This document shows positions 49,245-59,114 of a stretch of 64,000 nt of DNA, piece by piece. Made by a program: the position numbers and the translations under genes. Position 1 is the stretch's first letter, and each line of letters begins with the position of its first letter. The notes beneath the pieces are model-generated. The model was given only the letters and a program-made list of their open reading frames with translations. It was not told the origin of the DNA and did not search any database. The DNA comes from an uncultured Marinilabiliaceae bacterium (GTDB taxonomy: Bacteria; Bacteroidota; Bacteroidia; Bacteroidales; VadinHA17). The stretch is from positions 137,774-201,773 of the forward strand of contig CALOBV010000012.1 in NCBI GenBank assembly GCA_942491535.1, in the 5' to 3' direction.

Positions 49245-51857
49245 TTACCTTAATCCAAATCTGTAAGAGAATTTTATAAGGAAGGTATTATTTGCTTTTT
49301 TATCTGAAAACAGATAATCCAGGTTCTCACCTAAATCATATGTACCTGATCCTCCTTCATAAGCTCTTGTTTGCGACCATACAAGATAGGCTGTTGAGCC
49401 AGGAAGAAATTCCCATCTTACAACAAGATTTGAGAGCCACTCATTGGTCATGAAATCGGGATTATCAAAATCTTCAGTATATCCGCTTGTAGTAATATAA
49501 TACCTGTCATCTACCAGGTCAATCTCTGATCCTTCCTCGTAGGTATGGAACCTGTCTGTATATTCTTCAGCTCTGGGATCAGTAATTATTTTATACTGAC
49601 TGAATTTAAAATCACCCGAGAATGGCTGTCCCCAGTATTGTATTGTCAGATCAGGTGTAATATTATAATTTATCCTGAGTGACATTGCTAATATTTTCTG
49701 ATCGAGCGCTGCAAAGAGGTAATTGTTGTCGTCGTTGAAGAAGTACTGTAATTCATTTCTGGTAACACTGTAGCCTGGAGATAGTGAAATTGTGAGTGTA
49801 TTCATTGGACGCACCAGCAGTGAAACATTAAAGGATGTTCTTTTATTTTGATCCTCTACATCGCGATTAACAGAAGTACTAAAGGATAAGGATACTTTCT
49901 TTCTGTTGTCTGTGCTGCACCAATAATGAAATCTCATACTATTGGGTGACAGCATTGAGGGACCCCCTCTGAGCAGGGTGGTTGACACCTGGTTAAAGTT
50001 AAATCCGCCGCCAAATCCTGAATTCCATTGGTTTTTAAAGTTAGCACTAACATTATATTCGTAGCCTACTCCGTTAAGATTACCACCGAAATCCCATACT
50101 GTATAGATATCATTATTCAGATTCAAACTTCTGAAGATGCTGAATGGTTCGATAAAGTTATATCCGGTCCATGCAACGTTCAGGATCTGGTCGGCCTGCC
50201 TGGAGAAGCCCATATCATTTATCTCAAGGCCCGGGCTTGTCCATGTATTCATAAAAAGGAAATTCCATTTTCCACCGAGCTTACCAAACTCCAGCTTACC
50301 TCCGTATCCGGACAGGCTTGTACGCGTATCATCATATTCAAGGTGCCTGGCATCAGGTCGATTAAAGTACCTGGCTGATGATTCCTGTGTTCTTGCTATT
50401 GCATCGGCGCTTCCTCTCACATTGCTCATATATAGTGATGCAGCAAGCTTGTAGTTTCGGTCCTTAAAAAACTGAGTGAAGTCTATGCCTCCTGTTGTTG
50501 CATCCTTATGGAGCCAATCAAGGTCGGTGCCGTCGAGTTTCCTGATAGTACTGGTAACCGCTCCACCGATGATAGTATTTCCTTCCTTAATATCTTTCTG
50601 AACCCTGACAAGAGAATAGTTAGACAGGGGTTCAATGGTTTGGTACGATCTGTCTCCATCAGTGTCAATTTCGGCCTTTACTTCTTTTGTAATACTTTCA
50701 AGGAAACCAATAGAAATCCCGTTCTTTGTTTTCCCCGTAAGTTTGGCTGCCCCTATTATATCGGTAAAGTGCGGTACATTGGCATATTCTGTATCGGAAT
50801 CATAGTCGGGGTACCCATGAGGCCTTCGGCCGATACGCCTGGAATAAAACAGGTTATCATTTCCTGCATCACCGTCTCCAAGTCCCACGTTGAAACTGGT
50901 AATATTTTTTCCTTCAATAAAGAAGGGTCTTTTTTCTTCGAAGTAGGTTTCAAATGCCGACAGGTTAACCTCAGAAGGGTCGGCCTCGACCTGTCCAAAG
51001 TCAGGGAACATAGTGAGGTCTAGAGTGAGATTATTGGTAACACCTATTTTTGCGTCAAAACCAATATTGCCTTTAAGATCACTACCATCGGCAAAGGGAT
51101 TTCCCTCCTCTGCCTCGTAGGTGTTTATTGCTCCTACAGCATAGGGAGTAATATCAAATTGTTTTCTTGGTTTCACTTCCTCAAGTCCATTAATTTCTCC
51201 TATTGCATGCACAAATCCCGGTGCTGTTCGGGGGATATGCTGCCAGAGGCTTAGTTCGTTATGCCTGAAAATCTGCCTTGCAGCCAGGAAGCCCCAGACT
51301 TCAGCGGAGTTTTCCTGGAACCTCAGCTGGGTAAAGGGTATTTTCATTTCGGCCGACCAACCCCAGTCCTCAATTTTCGCCCTTGCCATCCAGATGGGAT
51401 CCCACGTTTCATCCTGGGACTGTCCGTCGTTAGCCCATATCCCATCAAATCGAACACCTGCTGAACTTACGCCAAAAACAAAACCTGTTCTCAGATCATG
51501 GTAACTGTCTATCATTACAAAGACCATATCTCCATCGGCCTGGTCTCTGCGGCTCATACGGGTGGTGATACTATCGGGTGATGAGTCGTAAGCCTTCATG
51601 GCAATGTAGAGATTGAGGTCGTCGAAGCAAACTTTAAATTCGGTAGGTTGTGAAGGCCTGGCTCCATCATAAGGCTCGTGCTGGGTAAAATCGCCGTCCC
51701 AATCGCCATTAATCCAGGCATTGTCGTTGAGGTCTCCGTTTATTACCGGAGCTTCTGAAATCCGATTGGCTGTATATAAGCGCTTTGCTATTGGCCCCTG
51801 CCCGAAGGCAATCTGAGTCGCTCCAATAAACAGAGCGATAAGCAACAATTTCTTCAT
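49245..51857 (-). CDS. DUF5916-like outer-membrane protein with an N-terminal CBM9-like domain
   Basis: APVINGDLNDNAW...FDDLNLYI; PDFGQVEAD...LSAFETYFEEKRPFFIEG; C-terminal FLIKFSYRF. Confidence 0.8.
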   Translation of the reverse strand: MKKLLLIALFIGATQIAFGQGPIAKRLYTANRISEAPVINGDLNDNAWINGDWDGDFTQHEPYDGARPSQPTEFKVCFDDLNLYIAMKAYDSSPDSITTRMSRRDQADGDMVFVMIDSYHDLRTGFVFGVSSAGVRFDGIWANDGQSQDETWDPIWMARAKIEDWGWSAEMKIPFTQLRFQENSAEVWGFLAARQIFRHNELSLWQHIPRTAPGFVHAIGEINGLEEVKPRKQFDITPYAVGAINTYEAEEGNPFADGSDLKGNIGFDAKIGVTNNLTLDLTMFPDFGQVEADPSEVNLSAFETYFEEKRPFFIEGKNITSFNVGLGDGDAGNDNLFYSRRIGRRPHGYPDYDSDTEYANVPHFTDIIGAAKLTGKTKNGISIGFLESITKEVKAEIDTDGDRSYQTIEPLSNYSLVRVQKDIKEGNTIIGGAVTSTIRKLDGTDLDWLHKDATTGGIDFTQFFKDRNYKLAASLYMSNVRGSADAIARTQESSARYFNRPDARHLEYDDTRTSLSGYGGKLEFGKLGGKWNFLFMNTWTSPGLEINDMGFSRQADQILNVAWTGYNFIEPFSIFRSLNLNNDIYTVWDFGGNLNGVGYEYNVSANFKNQWNSGFGGGFNFNQVSTTLLRGGPSMLSPNSMRFHYWCSTDNRKKVSLSFSTSVNRDVEDQNKRTSFNVSLLVRPMNTLTISLSPGYSVTRNELQYFFNDDNNYLFAALDQKILAMSLRINYNITPDLTIQYWGQPFSGDFKFSQYKIITDPRAEEYTDRFHTYEEGSEIDLVDDRYYITTSGYTEDFDNPDFMTNEWLSNLVVRWEFLPGSTAYLVWSQTRAYEGGSGTYDLGENLDYLFSDKKANNTFLIKFSYRFGLR

Positions 51858-51964
51858 TCTTTTCCCAGGTTAAGGTGTTAAACAATAAAATGACGAAGAA
51901 ATGCCTGAGTTGTTGCAGTTATATATTAATTAAAATGATTCTAATTAAGGACATGGCAGCCGGC

Positions 51965-52462
51965 TCAGTCGTCGTAAAGCTTAATAAACTCGTAGGTATT
52001 ACCATGGTATTCGATAAAGCGAATAAGATCAGATTTCAATACAACAATCGATGCAGTATTAATATTCGGGTGAAACGAAAGTTTTTCAAACTCATTAAGT
52101 TTTTCATCTATAAAGATATGCACGTGATGTTCAATATCATTAATTATTCCAAATGGAGATACAGATCCTGGAGTAAGCCCAAGGTATTTTTTAAGTCTTT
52201 TTTCGGATGCAAATGTGAGTTTTCCCTGCCTGAGTCTCTGCTCCAGGTCTTTCATCATAAGGTTTCTGGTGTGTTCGAGTATCACCAGGTAGTGCTTATT
52301 ACCTTTATGGTTACGAAGAAATATATTTTTACATCTTCCCGAGTCGAGGTTTTTCCAGTAAATTTTTGCTTCCTCAATTGTTGCAACCGGAGGGTGTTCC
52401 CTGTAGCCGTATTCAATATTTAAGTTATTAAGAAGTTCGTAGAGCTCTTTTTGTCCTCTCAT
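51965..52462 (-). CDS. prolyl-tRNA editing protein (YbaK/ProX family)
   Basis: EHPPVATIEEA...CKNIFLRN...LGLTPGSVSPFG...SFHPNINTAS. Confidence 0.9.
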   Translation of the reverse strand: MRGQKELYELLNNLNIEYGYREHPPVATIEEAKIYWKNLDSGRCKNIFLRNHKGNKHYLVILEHTRNLMMKDLEQRLRQGKLTFASEKRLKKYLGLTPGSVSPFGIINDIEHHVHIFIDEKLNEFEKLSFHPNINTASIVVLKSDLIRFIEYHGNTYEFIKLYDD

Positions 52463-52466
52463 ATCA

Positions 52467-52871
52467 TTACTTGGTGATATACGCAAAATCTATCTCAGCA
52501 AGATAGGAAAGGTCTTCTCCGGCTTCTTTCATATCGGTATCTTCTTCATCCCACATCCAGGCAACTTCTAAATTTACTCCATCTTCAGAGATCTGTTTTA
52601 ATGCTTCCACAATATCGAACAGGAACTTTGCAGATGAGGAGTTAAAGTATTCGAGGTCGAATTGGAATATTAGCGGATCGTCTTCAGTAAAATGATTAGC
52701 AGCATTATTCTTTAAAAACAAACGATAATCATGCAACCATTTAACAACGGGGAAATATATCTCTCTTACATCTTCAGGCCTGCTGTTTCCTTTAATGCTG
52801 AAGACTTTATTATCGTGATCAAGAATAATTTCGGGACTGAAGGTATCTTTATTAAACTCTAATCTTTCCAT
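52467..52871 (-). CDS. DUF1987/SiaC family protein
   Basis: TFSPEI...IKGNSRPED...LEYFNSSSAK...W.WDEEDTDMKEAGED. Confidence 0.85.
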   Translation of the reverse strand: MERLEFNKDTFSPEIILDHDNKVFSIKGNSRPEDVREIYFPVVKWLHDYRLFLKNNAANHFTEDDPLIFQFDLEYFNSSSAKFLFDIVEALKQISEDGVNLEVAWMWDEEDTDMKEAGEDLSYLAEIDFAYITK

Positions 52872-52942
52872 GCTGATTATTAATGATTTAGGCAAATATG
52901 AGATTTTAGCTTAGGATTGTCAAGAGGAGTTATTAACAAAAA

Positions 52943-53422
52943 TCAAAAAAGGGATGGGTCAATTGTTGATTCTTCATAGCCTTTATCTATGGCCAGCTTA
53001 TCCTGATGTGAGGCTTCAACGGCCAGCTGGTCGCACCTTTCGTTGCCAGGAATGCCGGCATGACCTTCGACCCATTGGAAGGTAATATTGTGCTTTGGAT
53101 AGATTTTCAGGAATCTTCGCCACAGGTCGGGGTTTTTCTTCTTTCTAAATCCTTTCTTTTCCCATTCGAAAACCCAGCCTTTACTTACAGCATCGGCAAC
53201 ATATTTAGAGTCGGTATATACAGTAACATTTGATCCCTTATTTTTCAATGCTTCCAATCCAACAATAACAGCCAATAGTTCCATGCGGTTATTGGTGGTT
53301 TCACGAAAACCTTCTGAAATTTCCTTTCGGTGTTTTCCTGCCATTAATAGCACCCCGTATCCTCCCGGTCCGGGATTCCCCCTTGCTGCGCCATCGGTAT
53401 ATAATGTAATTCTATTTGACAT
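52943..53422 (-). CDS. rnhA: ribonuclease HI
   Basis: YTDGAARGNPGPGG, TTNNRMEL, TDSKYV and WVEGHAGIPGNERCD motifs. Confidence 0.96.
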   Translation of the reverse strand: MSNRITLYTDGAARGNPGPGGYGVLLMAGKHRKEISEGFRETTNNRMELLAVIVGLEALKNKGSNVTVYTDSKYVADAVSKGWVFEWEKKGFRKKKNPDLWRRFLKIYPKHNITFQWVEGHAGIPGNERCDQLAVEASHQDKLAIDKGYEESTIDPSLF

Positions 53423-53996
53423 GGGGGAGTATAATGCCTGTATTGCTAATGAATAATTTTACTGCTATGGCCAGGAGGATTATCCCAAACATTTTTCTCA
53501 GGATGTGTATACCCGCCGGTCCGAGTGCACGTTCGAAAAATGATGTAAGCCTGATTACGAAGAATACAACAACCATGTTAAGGGTAAGTGCAATTAGAAT
53601 ATTAATTGTCTCGTATTCGGCTTTCAGGGAGAGCAGTGTTGTTATAGATCCTGCTCCTGCAATAAGAGGGAAGGCTATTGGGACGATTGTTCCACCACCG
53701 GGAGCGTCGTGTTTAAATAGTTCTATTCCCATTACCATTTCCAGACCGAGCAGAAGAATTACTATTGAACCTGCTATAGCGAAAGACTGAATATCAACAC
53801 CGAATAATCCCAGCAGCGGTTTACCTGCGAAGAAGAACATAATAAATATAATAAAGGCAACTAGAGTAGCTTTAGCTGAGCCGACTTCTCCGGATTTTAC
53901 TTTAATATCCAGGATAATAGGGACAGATCCGAATATATCAATAATGGCAAATAATACCATAAAGGCTGCAAGGATCTCCTTTATGTTAAACTCCAT
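53412..53996 (-). CDS. MarC family membrane protein
   Basis: LFAIIDIFGSVP...IVPIAFPLIAGAGSIT...RKMFGIILLAIAV. Confidence 0.9.
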   Translation of the reverse strand: MEFNIKEILAAFMVLFAIIDIFGSVPIILDIKVKSGEVGSAKATLVAFIIFIMFFFAGKPLLGLFGVDIQSFAIAGSIVILLLGLEMVMGIELFKHDAPGGGTIVPIAFPLIAGAGSITTLLSLKAEYETINILIALTLNMVVVFFVIRLTSFFERALGPAGIHILRKMFGIILLAIAVKLFISNTGIILPHVK

Positions 53997-54034
53997 TTCA
54001 GTGCTGTGTTAAATTAATTTTTGCAAAGATAGTT

Positions 54035-54080
54035 AGAAGAAGGTTGAAAAGGTTGAAAACTGGGTTGAAAAAGATGAAAA
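54035..54080. repeat. GTTGAAAA tract upstream of the MarC gene, adjoining a TATCTTTG (-7) box on the minus strand
   Basis: Three GTTGA copies. The reverse complement of 54035-54050 is identical to 9719-9734. Confidence 0.65.
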
Positions 54081-54084
54081 GGTA

Positions 54085-54120
54085 AAAAGAAAGGATGCCT
54101 GGTTTTCCAGGCACCCTTCT
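54085..54120 (-). terminator. intrinsic terminator of the S46 peptidase gene
   Basis: Minus strand: GGGTGCCTGG-AAAA-CCAGGCATCC then TTTCTTTTT. Confidence 0.7.
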
Positions 54121-54148
54121 AGTATGTGAAATTAGTCCTTAATCCGTG

Positions 54149-56296
54149 TTAATCTCTTATATCAAGTTCATCGATTATATTAGTTGCTCCCGCATATTTA
54201 TCGATTACCCACAGAACATATCTTACGTCAACACTGATAGTTCTCTGAAGGTCGGGCTCGAAAGCAATATCTCCACTCATAGCTTCCCAGTTTCCATCAA
54301 AAGCAAGACCAATAAGTTCACCTTTTCCGTTAATTACCGGGCTGCCTGAATTACCTCCTGTTATATCATTATTTGTCAGGAAGCATATTGGCATATAACC
54401 GTCTTTATCTGCATAGCGGCCATAATCTTTATTTTTAACCAGCTTAAAAATATCTTTTGGAAGATCAAATTCATAATCGCCCTCAACATATTTTTCCATA
54501 ACGCCCTCCATGGTTGTATAATACTTGTAGATTACGGCATCTTTTGGCTGGTAGGGAAGAACAGACCCATAGCTTAAACGCATTGTGAAGTTTGCATCGG
54601 GATATTTTACCAGGTCGGGGTCCATTTCCTTAAGTCCTGCAATCCATAGTCTGCGAGCCTTAGCCAGCTCTGAATTGTTTCCACCCATAGCTCCTATTTT
54701 CATACTAACAGCCATAATATCTCCCAAAGTCTTATAGGCTAAATCATTCTCCATCTTTTCAACATCCGGATTCTCAAAGAAACTTTCCAGTTTCTCTTTA
54801 GATGTATAGATTGAATTATCGAACATATAGTCAACAAATTTCTTTACATCACCGCCATATTCACTGTCGATTGTATTAAAAAAATCAGGCCAGTATTCCT
54901 TATCAATATCTTCTTTATAAAGGCTGAACATAGCAGTTGTTGCTTTCCTGTCTGTAGGTTCGTTATAATTTTTGTAGAACCTGTCTGCATTTTCGAGGAA
55001 CTCATTAATAGCTTCTTCCTTAGCTGTTTCATCATCACCCTTAAGTGCTGAGATTACTCCCCGAGTCCTCATTGAAAACATTGTAAGTTCAGTTCCACGG
55101 CCGAAGCACTCATTTAAGTACTGTGACAGGTGATTTGATTTTGCGCGATCAGCGATCGAGGTCTTTATAGTTTCAAGAACTGATCCGTATTTATTGCTTA
55201 ATTTTTTCTTCGATCCTATCCATTTTGTGAATTCTGCTTCTATCTCTTCCTTTTGTCCTTTTACATTCAGTCTTTCAAGACCGGCCTTCTGGCCAATTGA
55301 GAATTTCCAGTAGTTGGATGATCCTGAGTATTTGCTTGCATACTGGATATTTACTTTCTGGTCGGCAATCATATCTTCCATCCATACTTCCTGCAGCGCG
55401 CCCCTTATTTTTATCCTGTTAGGGTGTGTTATCTGAAGTTGTTCGTCTATTTCAAAGGAAGTCATATACCTTGTTGTACCACCCGGGTAACCAAGTATCA
55501 TAGCAAAATCATTTTCCTTTACTCCCTTAATGGAGACCGGCAGATAGTGTTTTGGTTTCAGAGGAATATTATCTTCAGAATATTCGGCTGGCTTGCCATC
55601 AGGGCTCATATATACCCTGAAAATACTGAAATCACCGGTGTGGCGGGGCCATTCCCAGTTATCAGTATCGTGTCCGTATTTCCCAATTGATGAAGGAGGA
55701 GCACCTACAAATCTCACATCGGTATATGTTTCATAAACAAGAAGATAATAGTTATTACCTCCAAAGAATGAAGATACTGTTGCCCTGTAATTGTTTCCTT
55801 CTGTTGCAGCATCAGCTATCTCTGTTCGGGCACTTCTAATAAGAGCGCCTCTTTCTTCTTCGGTCATATCATCTTTAACATCTTTCAGGATATCATTGCT
55901 TACATCCTTAATACTTACAAGGAATCTAACGGAAAGACCGGGATTTGGTAGTTCTTCTTCGAGGGACTTTGCCCAGAAACCATCCTTCAGGTAATCGTGC
56001 TCGACAGAACTATGAGACTGGATAGATCCGTATCCGCAATGGTGATTAGTAAACAGGAGGCCTTTGGATGATACAATCTCACCTGTACATCCTCCACCAA
56101 AAATAACTATCGCATCTTTTATACTGGCCTGATTAATACTGTAGATATCTTCTGCAGTCAACTCAAGGCCCATCTCTGTCATGGTCCCGATATTAAGCTG
56201 ATCGAGAAGAGGCAGAAGCCACATTCCTTCATCAGCTTTAAGCTGGGCATTAATACCAAGAATAATGGCAAATAAAATAGTAATTAATCTTTTCAT
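54149..56296 (-). CDS. S46 family dipeptidyl peptidase (DPP7-like)
   Basis: ADEGMWL, TNHHC and DITGGNSGSPV motifs. FDGNWEAMSGDI is the DPP7-type Gly form, not the DPP11 Arg form. Confidence 0.92.
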   Translation of the reverse strand: MKRLITILFAIILGINAQLKADEGMWLLPLLDQLNIGTMTEMGLELTAEDIYSINQASIKDAIVIFGGGCTGEIVSSKGLLFTNHHCGYGSIQSHSSVEHDYLKDGFWAKSLEEELPNPGLSVRFLVSIKDVSNDILKDVKDDMTEEERGALIRSARTEIADAATEGNNYRATVSSFFGGNNYYLLVYETYTDVRFVGAPPSSIGKYGHDTDNWEWPRHTGDFSIFRVYMSPDGKPAEYSEDNIPLKPKHYLPVSIKGVKENDFAMILGYPGGTTRYMTSFEIDEQLQITHPNRIKIRGALQEVWMEDMIADQKVNIQYASKYSGSSNYWKFSIGQKAGLERLNVKGQKEEIEAEFTKWIGSKKKLSNKYGSVLETIKTSIADRAKSNHLSQYLNECFGRGTELTMFSMRTRGVISALKGDDETAKEEAINEFLENADRFYKNYNEPTDRKATTAMFSLYKEDIDKEYWPDFFNTIDSEYGGDVKKFVDYMFDNSIYTSKEKLESFFENPDVEKMENDLAYKTLGDIMAVSMKIGAMGGNNSELAKARRLWIAGLKEMDPDLVKYPDANFTMRLSYGSVLPYQPKDAVIYKYYTTMEGVMEKYVEGDYEFDLPKDIFKLVKNKDYGRYADKDGYMPICFLTNNDITGGNSGSPVINGKGELIGLAFDGNWEAMSGDIAFEPDLQRTISVDVRYVLWVIDKYAGATNIIDELDIRD

Positions 56297-56368
56297 GTAG
56301 TTTTATTTTAGTATTGATCGACTTTTAGAAAGCCAAATATAGCTTAAAAAAATTATAGTAAAAAAGAC

Positions 56369-56965
56369 TTAAAACAGGTCCATCTGTGAGTCACCCAGGT
56401 TGAATGTTTTTCTGTGATAATCGCATGTTCCATGTTCTGCGATAGCATCCCTGTGCTCCTGTGTAGGATATCCCTTGTTGGTATTCCATCCATATACCGG
56501 ATGTTCTTCATGCAGCTTGTTCATCAGCTCATCCCTGTAAGTTTTTGCCAGAACCGATGCTGCGGCTATTGACATGAATTTACCATCTCCCTGGATGATT
56601 GTCTTAAAGGGAATGTCTTTAAAGGGGATGAAATTATTTCCGTCTACCAGCAGTAGTTCTGGTTTTTTCTCCAATCCTTCTATAGCCAGGTGCATTGCCT
56701 TATATGTTGCCCTCAGTATATTAATCTTATCAACCATATGGTTATCAACGGCAGCTATATTCCATGCAATAGCTTTTTCCCTAATTATTTCGCGTAGCTC
56801 TTCTCTCTTAATAGCAGATAGCTTTTTTGAGTCGTTAAGAATATCGTTTTTAAAACGTTTTGGAAGTATTACTACGGCTGCGACAACAGGTCCGGCAAGT
56901 GCCCCTCTGCCCGCTTCATCACATCCTGCCTCAATTAATTTTCTGCTAAAAAATGATCTTAACAT
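56369..56965 (-). CDS. rnhB: ribonuclease HII
   Basis: AGCDEAGRG, LNDSKKL, VDGN, SIAAASVLAK and NKGYPT motifs. Confidence 0.96.
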   Translation of the reverse strand: MLRSFFSRKLIEAGCDEAGRGALAGPVVAAVVILPKRFKNDILNDSKKLSAIKREELREIIREKAIAWNIAAVDNHMVDKINILRATYKAMHLAIEGLEKKPELLLVDGNNFIPFKDIPFKTIIQGDGKFMSIAAASVLAKTYRDELMNKLHEEHPVYGWNTNKGYPTQEHRDAIAEHGTCDYHRKTFNLGDSQMDLF

Positions 56966-57236
56966 TATATACTGATTTAACTTGATTTCAATGTTTCAAA
57001 GCGTTAGAGCTACTACTAATCGATGTTATTCTCAGGGATATGCATATATTCTGTAAGGTCGGAAATAATTTTAAAATTTCCTATCCCGGTCCTAAGACGA
57101 AGACCCGAATGCACCTTAGAGTATATTTTATATACTGATTTGGGGATAATTTGCGATTAAAATGTTAATAAGTTGTTGAAAAGTATAGATAATTTCAAAA
57201 TATTTATATTTTTGAAGTCCACTATTTCTAAAATAA

Positions 57237-57735
57237 ATGCAGAAGAGGGGAATCTTCATATTATTTATAGTGATTGTTGGGGTGAATGTTTGTGCACAGA
57301 AAATTTCGCATGAGGTTATGGTCCCGGCATCATCAGTTGCATCTTCGGGTGGTTACTTTATTAGTCAGACTATAGGAGAGTCTGTAACTACATTAGTTCG
57401 CAATGAAAGCTATATTTTCACACAGGGCTTTCAGCAACCCTCTTCCATGAAGTTTACTCCTGTTGATCATTCAGGAAGCGGAGTGAAGGTTTATCCTAAT
57501 CCGGTACAGGATTGTCTTACCCTGGAATTGTTTGGTGAGAAGGATTTAGAATATCATGTAACAATTTTTGGGTTTAATGGTGCCATATATTTTTTAAAAG
57601 ATTATCCTTGTAAAGGGTATTTTCAGACATAGAATTCCTATTGATGTTAGTAATTACCATAGAGGAACCTATTTTGTTAAAGTTGTAACTGAGGACGGGA
57701 TGATCTCAAGGCTTTTTAAAATTGAAAAAATGTAA
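57237..57735 (+). pseudogene. small T9SS type A CTD protein with a frameshift near 57625
   Basis: SQTIGES..TQGFQQP..VKVYPNP. The shifted frame continues IDVSNYHRGTYFVKVVTEDGMISRLFKIEKM*. Confidence 0.75.
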
Positions 57736-57746
57736 AACTAACTGCC

Positions 57747-58994
57747 ATGAACTACAGGAAAATGTTTTTAAGCTTTGTGGCCTTATTGTTATGGCTAACC
57801 GGCATCGTTGCCCAGCAGGTGCCTTATGGAATAAAATACCAGGCTGTTGCCAGGAATAGTTATGGAGAGGAGCTGGTATCTGAGCAAATAGATGTCAGAT
57901 TCAGTATTCGTTCGGGTTCTAGCGAAGGTAATCTTGCATACCAGGAAGTTCATTCCAATGTTGTAACATCTCAATTTGGTGTCTTTGATGCAATTATAGG
58001 TGCCGGAACGCCGTTTGCAGGAGATAAAGAGAGGTTCCAGGATATTACCTGGGAGACCGATAATTATTTTCTTGGGATTGAAATAAAATTTGATAATGAT
58101 TTTCTTTATATGGGATCTATGCAGTTTCTGAGTGTGCCATACGCACTTTATGCCGGCCGTTCTCTTGAGCCCGGGCCGGAAGGCCCTCCAGGCCCTCCGG
58201 GAGATCCAGCTTCTGATGATCAGACCCTGTCTTTTAATGGCGTAAATCTTGCAATTTCAGGCGGAAATGAGGTAAATCTGGCAGCCTTTTTAGCGGTTAA
58301 TGATGCCGACCCTGATCCTGAAAATGAGATACAATCACTGAGTTTTAATTCGGTTAATTCGGAACTCGAGATTATCGGAGCCAACAAGGTTGATCTCTCA
58401 CCACTGATTAATTCCGACAACCAGGAACTTTCATACAATCCGCTTACTCATATTCTGACCATATCAAATGGAACTATTCCTGTAGACCTTGAAGAGTTAA
58501 AAGATGATGCAGATGCCAGCCCAACCAATGAGCTTATCTCAAATATTCAGATTGTTGGGTCCAGTCTGGTAATAGATGAGGGTTCTTCCCAGCATTCGGT
58601 TGATTTAAGTAGTAATCTGGTGGCTTTCAGGGTAAAGAAAACTATCTCAACAGACGCACCAATGCCTTTGTCTAACGTTGATTTTTTACCAGATGATGAG
58701 GACTATAATGATGGTTTAACTTTCAATATGGGGACAGGAGAATTCACAGCTCCTATGAATGGCATTTATGCATTTGATATAAACTATACAGCAGCGAGTA
58801 GCGCTGTTGAATTATCTATTTTCAAAAATGGAAATATTTTTGAAAAAATTGGATCAAACCTGACAACAAATCAACAGATTTTCAGGCATAAAACTATCAA
58901 ATTGAATTCTGGCGATAGAATCAAATTAGTAGTATATACTGGAACGGGTCTGGCAATTGGAACCGGAATTTTTTCAGGATTCCGGGTGTATTAA
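57747..58994 (+). CDS. secreted fibre-like protein: short collagen-like segment, beta repeats, C-terminal C1q-like domain
   Basis: QVPYGIKYQAVARN N-domain; GPEGPPGPPG; repeated Q.LS...L.I....VDL units; AFRV...FTAPMNGIYAF...LNSGD...FSGFRVY. Confidence 0.7.
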   Translation: MNYRKMFLSFVALLLWLTGIVAQQVPYGIKYQAVARNSYGEELVSEQIDVRFSIRSGSSEGNLAYQEVHSNVVTSQFGVFDAIIGAGTPFAGDKERFQDITWETDNYFLGIEIKFDNDFLYMGSMQFLSVPYALYAGRSLEPGPEGPPGPPGDPASDDQTLSFNGVNLAISGGNEVNLAAFLAVNDADPDPENEIQSLSFNSVNSELEIIGANKVDLSPLINSDNQELSYNPLTHILTISNGTIPVDLEELKDDADASPTNELISNIQIVGSSLVIDEGSSQHSVDLSSNLVAFRVKKTISTDAPMPLSNVDFLPDDEDYNDGLTFNMGTGEFTAPMNGIYAFDINYTAASSAVELSIFKNGNIFEKIGSNLTTNQQIFRHKTIKLNSGDRIKLVVYTGTGLAIGTGIFSGFRVY

Positions 58995-59024
58995 TAAGGT
59001 TTTTAATTTATTACAGATATTGCA

Positions 59025-59052
59025 GGGGCGCATCTATTGCGCCCCTTTTTTA
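59025..59052 (+). terminator. intrinsic terminator
   Basis: GGGGCGCA-TCTAT-TGCGCCCC followed by TTTTTT. Confidence 0.85.
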
Positions 59053-59071
59053 ATTTTCATTTGCTTCAATA

Positions 59072-59113
59072 GCCCTTTGCCCTTAGCTCTTAGCCCTTAG
59101 CCCTTTGCCCTTT
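59072..59113. repeat. six tandem heptamers GC(C/T)CTT(T/A)
   Basis: gcccttt gccctta gctctta gccctta gcccttt gcccttt, abutting the amidohydrolase stop codon. Confidence 0.85.
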
Positions 59114-59114
59114 G

